A DNA stretch of 64,000 bases from Octopus bimaculoides. Its lineage: Eukaryota. This document shows, piece by piece, positions 35,906 to 46,528 of this stretch (position 1 is its first letter; each line of letters starts with the position of its first letter). Location of the stretch: NCBI RefSeq assembly GCF_001194135.2, contig NC_068989.1, forward strand, positions 16,852,266 to 16,916,265. The letters run 5' to 3'. Below the pieces are notes generated by a model. That model saw only the letters and a list, made by a program, of their open reading frames with translations. It made no database searches and was not told the origin of the DNA. A program made the translations under genes and the position numbers.

Positions 35906-37523
35906 CATGAAAAGTGAAAAGATTAAACGTCTTATTGAATCTGATAATATTTTTATAACAAATCATACGAAACTGAAAAAAATTAAACATCTTATTGAAT
36001 CTAATAACATTTTTATAAGAAATCATACCATGCCTATTGAGGAAGCCAAGCCTCAATATGTTGAAGTACTGAATCAAAAGGATCTAACGCTTTTAATCCA
36101 AATTTCTCATCACCACATAAACTCGATATTTTAGTGGGGAGATAACCCAATTTTTTAATGGGGGTGAGATAACCAAAATGTACCTTGTGATGTTATTTAA
36201 AATAAAGGCTGCTGATATGGGTTAATACAGCTTGGCGTTGCTGTCAGAATGCTGAGAAGTGGAGCAAATATTGCAAAGCATCTCACCCAACCCTGTAACA
36301 GTTTTGCCAACCCACTGTCCTGGATTGATACATAATTTATTGACCTTGAAGGGATGGAAGACAACATTAACCACAGCAGGATTTGAACTGATTGCAGAGT
36401 TTTGGAACAAATACCACAAGGCATTGTATCAAGCACCATAGTGACATTGCCAATTTGCTGCATTTCTCTATAGAAATGACTTAACATTCTTACAAAGTAG
36501 AAATCATATCACTAATATCTGTGGTAAATCATTCTCTAGAAATAATGACTGAGCTCTGTTTCTCATAGAAGAAAGGAACTGTGATTGAAAAGGAGGTGGA
36601 TTAATTGGCATTTCATAAAATCAAGATGTTTTTTATTGCCATAATTCTGAGTAATCAGGGATTTGTAGAAAGAGGCATTATACAGATGAAAACTGTTTTA
36701 GTAAAGAAAGGAGAATCAGAAAATTTCATTAATATTGGATGGTTTGGCTGGTGATGGACAGTTTGAAACTTAGTTATGGAAGCACATACCTACAGGAAAA
36801 AAAAAATTTTAAAAAGCCCATATCACTATGATATCTGATAAATCATTCTCTCAAACGTCTAGTTTATGTAAACAAGTATTTTCATACGAGAAAAACTCAT
36901 AATATTTCTCCTAAAAGTATTCACTTATCTATGCATGTATTTATTGATACAGAAGAGTAACCATATGAATGTTGAGCTATTCTATGAAGCAAAAAAATAG
37001 CCTATTTAATTGTAAACTTATACCCACTGGAATGAAGATATAACAGTGTAATAAGATCCTCTCAACACTATATTTTACATGATCGCTAATATATATTGGT
37101 GAACTAACTTCCCACTGTGATATTTTTAATAACAATCTTCCAGAATTTTCTTCATGTATTTTCCACTTAATTTATTTCCAAAGAGAAGAAAAAGTACTAT
37201 TGATTTATTTTGACCTTGTGAATAATTTGCTGAGAAATATATTCTCAGAAATCAGGGATAACACTACTACAATTGTTTTACAAACAAATGTACAAACCAT
37301 AATGAGAAATATAGCCCCACACTGTAATAGGATAAATGCATGACATTTTATGTATTCAAAATTTTATATATGCAACATTTTGTGTATATTCTTTATATTC
37401 TTGGTTAAACTTTTGTTCTTGTGGTAGGAAGGTTATACAATGATTAAATTTAAAAAAACCATAACTAAATCATGTATTAATTTCATTAATATTGCTGTTT
37501 TTGATTTATATAATTTTATCTTT

Positions 37524-38130
37524 CTGTTGCATCATTATCATCATAGTTTAACGTCTGCCTTCCATGCTAGCATGGGTTGGGCGATTTGACTGAGGACTGG
37601 TGAACCAGATGGCTGCACCAGGTTCCAATCTGATCTGGCAGAATTTCTACAGCTGGATGCCCTTCCTAACGCCAACCATTCCAAGAGTATAGTGGGTGCT
37701 TTTACGTGCCAGTGGCATGAGGGCCAGTCACACGGTACTGGCAACGGCCATGCTCAAAAAGGTGTTTTTTACATGCCACCTGTGCAGGAGCCAGTTCAGC
37801 GGTACTGGCAACGACCTCGCTTGAATGTTTTTACACATACCAGTAAGGCGATGCTGGTAATGATCACGCTCAAATGGTGCTATTTACGTGCTACTAGCAT
37901 GGAAGCCAGACAGCTGCTCTGGCAATGATCATGCTCGGATGTGCTGTTAGTGCTCCACTAGCACAGGTGCCAGTCATTGAGTTTGGTTCAATCACGATTT
38001 CGATTTTACTTGCCCCAACAGGTCTTCGCAAGCTAAGTTTAGTGTCCAATGAAGGAGAGGTTGGCATAGGTACCAGTAATCGAATTTGGTTCGATTTCAA
38101 TTTCATTTGCTTCAACAGGTCTTCGCAGTG
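37524..38130 (-). mobile_element. Family A retroposon, longer copy with internal repeats
   Basis: (CAT)n tail at 37530-37545, reverse complement of the family A body, extended 5' part. Confidence 0.8.
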
Positions 38131-38144
38131 TGTGTATGTATATA

Positions 38145-38972
38145 TGAGGTGGTATCAAAATGTTCCTGGACTAGTTCTGTAGCGTGCCAACAGATGACAG
38201 CACTTGGTTGCATGTGCAGTGAAAGATAGCTGTGACCTTCATGAGGCAGTGTGCCAAGTGACATTGCTGTGTTTACTTTGTAGTCTGTGATTTTGTCATG
38301 GACGGGGTTTTGGAACACAGAGCCAATGTGAAATTTTGTATTAAACTTGGGAAGTCTGCTACAGAAACATTGAATATGCTTCAGCAAGCTTGCTGCAATG
38401 AGGTAGCAGCAGTCACAATGGAAGAGACCTTCATCTTCACAACTGAAGGAGGCATGACAGAGCTACAGCTCAAGAGCATGCTCATTGTAGGGAATTTGTC
38501 CTCCTGGGTCAGACTGTCAATCAAGAGTTCTACTGCAACATTTTGAAGCATTCTGAAGGAGGACATTTTGTGAAAGTGACCGAATTTGTGGAATATGATT
38601 GGATTCTTCATGACAACAATGCACTGTCACTTAGCTCTTCCTGTAAGTTTTTCACCAGAAACTACATGGTATTGTTTCCGTACCCACTCTATTTACCAGA
38701 TTTAGCACCTACGAATTTCCATCTCTTCCCCAAGATGAAAAAGCAGCTCAAAGGTCACCGTTTTAACACTGTTGTTGAGATCACGAGCAAGTCAGAAGGT
38801 CCTCAATTTGCTTACAGAAAGCAACTTCCAGGTTGTATTTCAAAAGTGGTAGGAATGCTGTGACCGGGGTATTGCTTTGCAAGGTGACTTTAGGAGATGG
38901 TGTTAGAACCTAAGTAAATAAGTTATGTTTTATTAAATATAGCTAGTCTGGGAACCTTTTTATACCACCTTG
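38145..38972 (+). mobile_element. Mariner (Tc1/mariner) internally deleted element
   Basis: TIRs tgaggtggtatcaaaatgttcctggactag / ctagtctgggaacctttttataccaccttg. Transposase remnants: EHRANVKFCIKLGKSATETLNMLQQA (HTH) and WILHDNN...PYLPDLAPTNFHLFPKMKKQLKGHRF. Confidence 0.9.
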
Positions 38973-39651
38973 TGTATGTGTGTATATATATATATATATA
39001 ATATACACAAAATGTGTTGTATAATTTGTAAATCATCCTCATCAATGTTACATTCATTTTTCCATGTTGGTATGAGATGGACTTGTTACACAAAGTTTGA
39101 CTGCTTTTTTTTTTTTTTTTTTTTTTTTTTCAATGTTTTGTCATCCTAGCTGTGAGGCCCATAATTAGATCTTACCTCACCAATTTTTGTGAATATTCTT
39201 AAAAATTGAAAGTTTTAATAAAACTGATTTATTATTAGTCTTTTTATCATTTCGTGTTCAGAACAAAATCTAACCTCAACTTGTATTGATACAACTTTTA
39301 AATTATAGAATTCACAAGCTAGATTAATAATGGATTAAATTTGCAAATTCCTCTGAAGTTAATAATATTTGTATTAAAGAACTCATGAGTCTTCAAACTA
39401 TTATGTTTATGAGGTGCAACTACTTGTCACTTACATAAACAGCATCATTGCTTGACAGTCTGCAGACCTACTAGCTACAAACTTGTCTCTTTCAGATATG
39501 GCTACATTAAGATATTTCTATACATAGGTTTCTAAAACTACACCATTTTCTAACACATCATGCCTGCCTTGACCAACTACATGTAATTAATCATAGAACT
39601 TTGCTATATCATCTGATGGTCATTCTTTTTCATGCAAGTTTATCCCATATA

Positions 39652-40043
39652 CCGTAAATCCTCGAGTATAATCCGCACTTTTTTCCCAAAATTTAAAGGT
39701 CAAAATTTCTAGTGCGTACTATATACGAGGTTAAAAACGAAAAATATTTTCTAAGTGATAAATATGTAAAGGCAATTTACTTAATATTTATTTTTCACTG
39801 ACTTTATCAGTGTTATTTCTTTATTTTCTGCAAACAAAGTGCACAAAAAAGCTAAGTTTGCATTATGTTATATATACAATAATAATAAAGGACGTTACCG
39901 TATATATGTTTACAAACCAAGGACGTTATATAGACCTCCTTGACTCAAGTTAGAGAAGGGGTGCGTATTATACACAAGGTTTAGGGTTTTCAGAGGTACA
40001 GCCTCCTAAAAATCCCCTGCGTATTATACTCAAGGATTTACGG
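39652..40043. mobile_element. Tc1/mariner-superfamily (pogo/Tc2-like) MITE, 392 bp
   Basis: TA|ccgtaaatcctcgagtataa ... ttatactcaaggatttacgg|TA. Confidence 0.85.
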
Positions 40044-40473
40044 TATATATTATCCCATTTATTGCATATAAGCACTACTCTCTATTTAAATGGTAATGAC
40101 TCGAATATGTTTCCATGAAGAGAAGGATTATTGTGTCAAATGTAGTGCATTTTTCATATGGTTTTGAATTAATTGAATTATCTCATAGCTTTGAGGTTTC
40201 AATGATGTGATTGTTTATTTTGAGACTGGTAGTGTGAGGCCAGCTTGAATATAAAGCAGGAAGAATATTTGAGCCAGATCAGGTCAGTTTAAATGCTAAA
40301 GGGTTAATGAAGATATATTTTCTTTCTGATCTGTATACTCATCTCATCCTTTATTAATTTTTATGGGAGGACTAAGATGTTTGTTTATTGATTTCTTTTT
40401 TTTTGGAATGAATATATTTTGCCACATATACTAAACTTATATATGCATTCATATATTTAAGGTAGGTAGTCTC

Positions 40474-40915
40474 CATCATCATCATCGTTTAACGTCCGCT
40501 TTCCATGCTAGCATGGGTTGGACGATTTGACTGAGGACTGGTGAAACCATATGGCTACACCAGGCTCCAATCTGTTTTGGCAGAGTTTCTACAGCTGGAT
40601 GCCCTTCCTAATGCCAACCACTCCGAGAGTGTAGTGGGTGCTTTTATGTGCCACNNNNNNNNNNTTTGGCAGAGTTTCTACAGCTGGATGCCCTTCCTAA
40701 TGCCAACCACTCCGAGAGTGTAGTGGGTGCTTTTATGTGCCACCGGCACGAATGCCAGTCAGGCGGTACTGGCAACGACCACGTTCAAAATGGTGTATTT
40801 TACGTGCCACCTGCACAAGAGCCAGTCCAGCAGCACTGGCAACGATCTTGCTCGAAAGTCTTTACACGTACCACTGGCACAAGTGCCAGAAAGGCGACGC
40901 TGGGCACAGGTGCCA
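40474..40915 (-). mobile_element. Family A retroposon with a gap-associated duplication
   Basis: Reverse complement of family A; ~78 bp repeated on both sides of the 10-N gap 40655-40664. Confidence 0.85.
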
Positions 40916-41898
40916 TCACGTTTTCGCTTTCCAGAATTTAAAATTGAATATCTTTTCTTTCAAGTCATGATTAAAGTTGCTTTAACACTTCCAGAAATAT
41001 TTCTTTCAGCAGAAACAGTATCCAAAGCCTTTAAAGGGAAAAATCTAGTTATTTAATGTATGCAAATTGGCAATTGTTGTGTGTGAAAATTTAATCATCA
41101 TTTCTTTTGCATCATTTTGAGGAGTGTTTGGAGCAATAAAGTACTAAATTCAGGAGTAATGCCCTAACATCCTGGATTCTACAGTCTAAAGATGGCTTGG
41201 TTTGGGTTACATCTCTAAATGAGCTTGGAAGCTAATCAATTCCTTGTCAGCATGCATTTGAAATGTATACCAACAGTAAAATACATAATGAAAAGTGGGG
41301 TCATAGCATTCATATTGTAGTATTGCATGTTTTATGTTTTACATGCTATTTCACATGATTTAACCTCATGGCTATGGCATATTAAATATGGTTTTTATAT
41401 TGATCTTTTGGAAGTAAGAAATCGCTTGAGCCCACACCTTAGGATAAATACTTTATTATATGTCTTGAACCATATCAGGACAATTCCCCCTGGCAACAAC
41501 TAGCCCCTAGGACAATTACCCCCTCTGCAATATATTATGAAGTTTTAAATAATCTGTTGTCCTTGGTGGGTAGACTCATCTTAGTACAAGTACTCAAGAG
41601 ATTCTTTACACTGCTATTTATTCACAAAGCAATAATAGGACATTGAGTACAATGAAAAGTAGGTTGGGAATAAATACCTCTATTGAGGTGTAAGTGATTG
41701 AGATATAACAGTTCTCTCTTATAAACTGATGTTTATCAGAGTGAACTGTTAGAGGAGGGTGCAAATTTAATTGTGACAGACTAATTCTATGCTACTATCA
41801 GTTAAGCATAAGGCATGCATTATATACAACAATGATCTATTTTAACCCACTCCTATTTCAGTACCTAGGGTGTTCAACTGATGTTAGTGCTTTATATA

Positions 41899-42025
41899 TA
41901 GGGTGTCCACAAGGTCTGGGTACAGGGTGTAAATAAAATCATAATATAAACAATTAAATATAAGAAATAATAATTTCTTAATGAATGTATTAATCCCCAT
42001 GTACCCAGACTTTGTGGACACCCTG
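41899..42025. mobile_element. Small Tc1-like MITE, ~127 bp
   Basis: tagggtgtccacaaggtctgggtaca ... tgtacccagactttgtggacaccctg, flanked by TA. Confidence 0.75.
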
Positions 42026-42036
42026 TATGACATATA

Positions 42037-42400
42037 TATTAGAGGAAAAAGGACAACAAAAACGAAGGCAGGATGAGTGTCTCAAGTAATTTAGAATATT
42101 TAATTAGAGTAAGGTGAATTTGAGGTAATTAATTCAATTATTGGATGTCTTACAGTTGTTTCTGGAATATCCCAAGTGATAGGTTAGCATCTCCATACAC
42201 TGCGTATTCCATCATCAGAGACAAAGTGAGTATGTATGGATACCCAGTGTATGGAGATGCTAACCTATCACCTAGGATATCCCAGAAACAATTGTAATAC
42301 ATCCAATAATTAATTACCTCAAATTCACCTTACTTGAATTATTCTAAATGACTTGAGATACTTGTCCTGCCTTGGTTTTTATTGTCCTTTTCCCTTAATA
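42037..42400. repeat. Foldback element with ~170-bp arms and a ~30-nt loop
   Basis: Arms include ggtgataggttagcatctccatacactg vs cagtgtatggagatgctaacctatcacc-type matches and tattagaggaaaaaggacaa vs ttgtccttttcccttaata. Confidence 0.8.
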
Positions 42401-43046
42401 AATACCTCTTAACAAGGAAGCCTGCTATGGATCCCCAGCTCCAACCTCAGCTGTGAACTTGGAACCTAACAAATGACCAATTATAGCATTTACACAGCGT
42501 ACCTATTCGTTTAGATTACCAGTGAACTAAACCCCTCATTCTTTATATATATATATATATGTAATACAAATAATGTGAGTATATGCATATATACGTACAT
42601 GTGTGTACATACCTACATCTACATGTATATATAGATGCATATCTGGGTACAGGACGTAACAAAATAACGTGGACAAAATGAAAAACAGAGTACAGAAAAC
42701 ACACATAACATAGAAAACATTTCATTCATCAGCTGCCACCATTCTAAAACTAAGTATTTCGAAGAGTTAGGGCAATACATGTGCACATACACACACTAGA
42801 GTGTTACCAGTCATATGGCAGGTAATTTTGCCACCATGGGTTGTATCAGGAAATATGGCATGCATACAATAGTCATTCTTTTCACTGTCTTTTTCTTGTG
42901 TTGATCTCAGTTATTTTCCTTGCTTAGTTTCATCCACTTTGTAGTTTTATGAAACAATCAGTTGAAATAAACTCTATACATATGCTTGAGTGATGTTCAT
43001 TTCACTCAGTAATATGGTCCAAATGTTGTAATTATATAAGCTATAT

Positions 43047-43259
43047 TCTTTACTCTTTTACTTGTTTCAGTCATTTGACTGCGGCCATGCTGGAGCACTG
43101 CCTTTTAGTCAAGTGAATCGACCCCAGGACTTATTCTTTGGAAGCCTAGTACTTATTATATCGGTCTGTTTTGCCGAACCGCTAAGTTACGGGGACGTAA
43201 ACACACCAGCATCAGTTGTCAAGTGATGCTGGGGGTGACAAACACAGACACACAAACAT

Positions 43260-43310
<51 letters not shown>

Positions 43311-43437
43311 GATATATACGACAGGCTTCTTTCAGTTTCCGTCTACCAAATCCACTCACAAGGCTTTGGTCGGCCCGAGAGTAGAGTAGAAGACACTTGC
43401 CCAAGGTGCCACGCAGTGGGACTGAACCCGGAACCAC
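43047..43437 (-). mobile_element. Family B SINE
   Basis: Reverse complement of the family B consensus with a long (TA)n core. Confidence 0.88.
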
Positions 43438-43489
43438 AGATTTTTTTTTTTATTAAAAGAGAAAAAATGAGCAAGGTAAAGGAAAAACT

Positions 43490-43830
43490 TTCAAAACAAG
43501 GTTAAAACGTTTGCTAGTGTTATTTTTGTTTTTTGCTGTTCAGATGCTGACACTACTGTCATCACTCTGTCACACTTTCTCCTAACCTCCAACTTCTCAC
43601 AGATTTCTTCCTTCACCAAAACTCTCACATCTCCAGTCCCCTTGCTATTTCTCAACCACCACAACTTGTATCTTCTTCCCTTGACCCCCCACAAATCTTG
43701 CACCCTGGCCTCTCCACCTAGCCTCCTGCACACATCCACCCTCCTCTTCCTCAATTCTTCACATATCTCCATTCCCCTTTCGTGCAGACTGACTGCATTC
43801 CAACTTCCCAACCTCATCCCAAGCCTTTGG
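43490..43830 (-). mobile_element. RTE LINE apurinic endonuclease N-terminal fragment
   Basis: RLGSWNAVSL..RGMEICEELRKRRVDVC...RYKLWW..NSKGTGDV.VLVKEE..EKLEVRRKCDRVM. Confidence 0.8.
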
Positions 43831-43834
43831 CCAT

Positions 43835-45270
43835 CATATTGAACAAAGCCATTTCTCTAATGGAAACAGAATCCTGTATGCTCTCTTAGTTACCAAAACT
43901 TTGGTCTTTGCTCAGTTAATCTTGGGGGCTTCTGATTCTAAGTTTTGTTTCCATATTAGGAATTTCTTTTCTAATTGTACAACAGAATCAGCTATAAGAA
44001 CGAGGTCATCAGCATATAGCAAATGGGTATTATTCAAGAAGAGTGGTCCCGGTGCATGCACTTGCACACTCACGCATCCGTGCTAGCGAGTCGTGACTAG
44101 TTAATCCTACGACTACCTAGCTCGAGTGCGCATCATGTGCAAAACATGTATGAGGGTTTTTTCTAAACAAAGTAAATAATTTTTTTACACAAAATAAATC
44201 ATACACTACCTGTTTTTGGTAAAGAGTCCATTAAAAAGTCGGTCTTTCAAAATCTACTGTTGTTCAATGGTATCAATACAAGAAGGACATTACAAGTAAT
44301 TATCTTTTGCGTAACCCCTACCAAATTGGTGGACTTGGGTACATCGTAGAAATAGATGAATCTATGATGTGCAAGCACAAATACAATGGAAGATGGGATA
44401 GAGAGGATAAAAATAGGTTTTTAGTCTTTGTACCTGACCGTTCTTCCAAAACTCTTCTACCACTTATTAAAAAATTTATCAAACCAGGGATGACTATATA
44501 TTCTGATTGTTGGAGTGCATACAATGGGATTACTGAAATAGATGTGACACCAAAATACACCCTGGAAGAACGTAAAACGACGTTTTAAGAGTAAGATGGT
44601 GGAAGATTCAACAAAAGAAAATGATTTACTTTGTTTAAAAAAAATTATTTACTTTGCTTTAAAAAAAAAACCCTCATACATGTTTTGCGCATACGCACTA
44701 GATAGTCATTGTAGGATCAACTAGTCATGACCAGCTAGCGTGGATGGGCGAGTGTGCGCACCGGGACCACTCTTCTTGAATAGTACCAACAAGTGGTCTT
44801 AAACTCATTGTTATGACTTGAAGCATGTGTAAGTGGAGACTAAGAACCAAGCCTTGATGAAATCCTACCTGCATATTAAATTTTTCATTATATTCATTGT
44901 TGATTTGTACCTTACTTAACAGTACCTTAGTACATAGCTGGTACAGCTGTCACAAACCATTCATCCACTCCTAGCTTCCTCAGGGACTGCCAGATTACAG
45001 AGAAAGAAACTCAGTCAAAGGGTTTCTCCAGATCAACAAATAGTAACTACAGCAGCTTATTTTTAACTAAGTACTTCTACAGCTCCTCACTAGGAAGAAA
45101 GCATCAGTAATACTTTTTCTTGGCGCAGAACTAAACTGCATCTCCTGTAGTCTAACTCTGTAATTAATTGAGTTATGACTTTTTCTGTAATTATCATGAC
45201 CTGGTCCACAAATTTGATACCTTGCAATTACCTCTTACCAAGGCATCTCTTTTACTATTTTAACAGCTGA
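43835..45270 (-). mobile_element. RTE LINE RT fragment, split by the Merlin insertion
   Basis: LLYADDLVLIADSVVQLEKKFL (44025-43950) continues from EFKTT on the other side of the insertion; FVDLEKPFD and LRKLGVDEWFV lie near 44960-45040. Confidence 0.8.
44026..44787 (+). mobile_element. Merlin/IS1595(ISXO2)-like DNA transposon, non-autonomous, 762 bp
   Basis: TIRs ggtattattcaagaagagtggtcccggtgc / gcaccgggaccactcttcttgaatagtacc with ~150-bp subterminal similarity; degenerate 8-bp TSD agcaaatg/aacaagtg. Internal IGGLGYIVEIDES...FVPDRSSKTLLPLIKKFIKPGMTIYSDCWSAY is an ISXO2-type DDE fragment. Confidence 0.88.
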
Positions 45271-46528
45271 TTATAACTAAACAGTGCTATCAACATTGCT
45301 GAAAAGGTCCCAAACATGATATCTAAAATCATATCAGGAAAGAAAACTTGAAAAGTTTGACAAGATTTTTGCCATCTGATAACACAGTTTTATTTATCTA
45401 ACAAGAAATTCAGCCTGGACAACAAGTGAACTTCCACAATTTGTAGTTGATACATAATATGGATCGGTTACAACTTGAGATTAAACAGTTATATAAATCT
45501 TTATAAAAGAAGACCTTCACACACCCCAAGGCAATGAAGGTGCTTCTACAAGGTTATTCAACTTGCTACTGTCTTGAAGTAAAGAATACATTTGACAATG
45601 TAATCCTAGATATACAAGAAGCTGGAACACCTATTGAATTATATCTAACCAATTTGATGACATACTCCAACAGATCATAAGTAAAAGAACAAACCAGTGT
45701 GATCTTCAAATAGTTAACTAATAAAGTGATATGATCAATATCATTAGAGACGACAGACCATTGACATCTTTAATCTGGTCAATCAATGACATCACTGTCA
45801 CTAACAAGACAACAAACTAATGAGGTTTTCAACTAGTCAACCAAGTAGTTAGATTGTTCTGAATGTCATGTATATCAAGATATGGGAGTTACTATATTTA
45901 AGGTTGTGTTCATTATGTATAGAGATGTTATATATTTTACACTTGTGTTTTCAATGGTGAATTAACTTCGCAAATGATAATTTTGATTGTGCTAAAAACA
46001 CAAAAACAAAAAAATATAAATATTATAGTTATTAAATTTTAATTGACATAAATGTGAATACTTTATCATAAATTTAAGTGATGAGAGTTTACATTAATAT
46101 CTTTATGTTTCTAGAGGTTATTCTCAACAAATCAAGTCGATATTTTCTGGTGAATATATTTGCTTATGTTTAACAAAATATCTTTTAATTGGGAATAATT
46201 TTCCATAAATTTTATATCTAAAAGTTTTACCTTCGCATTTTCTCACTCATAACTAAGGAAGTTGTATCTGTAAGAAACTTAATTACAACAACAGACGTTT
46301 TTTTTACCAGGATGTATTTGTGGACTACAAGACTTATTAACTGAAAAAAATGATTTTGAACACATTCCACCATGATGAATGTTCTTCAATTTGTACTCAG
46401 TAGACTTATAATATTGGATTTGAAAGAGAAGGATTTTTCAAATTTCACATTTAAAAATCTTGCCTCTATTGTGTAGTTCTTTGTGTGTTTTCAAATCACT
46501 GCTATAGTCAAAATATTTCTGGCATATT

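Noticed and set aside
35733-36134. 133-aa ORF downstream of ZNF-4
   Set aside because: Made of a SINE 3' end plus a ~60-bp local duplication (KIKxLIESxNIFI twice); no coding signal.
40577-40742. Tandem duplication inside the family A retroposon
   Set aside because: Identical sequence on both sides of a 10-N gap, typical of an unmerged contig overlap.
44307-44588. Bacterial IS contamination
   Set aside because: The ISXO2-like fragment sits between eukaryotic Merlin-type TIRs with a TSD, inside a host LINE, and has host-like AT content.
45300-45800. Possible Penelope-like element relic (also short pLTR-like pieces near 23900-24000 and 42620-42770)
   Set aside because: Coding-like composition, but no diagnostic motif could be read with confidence by eye.
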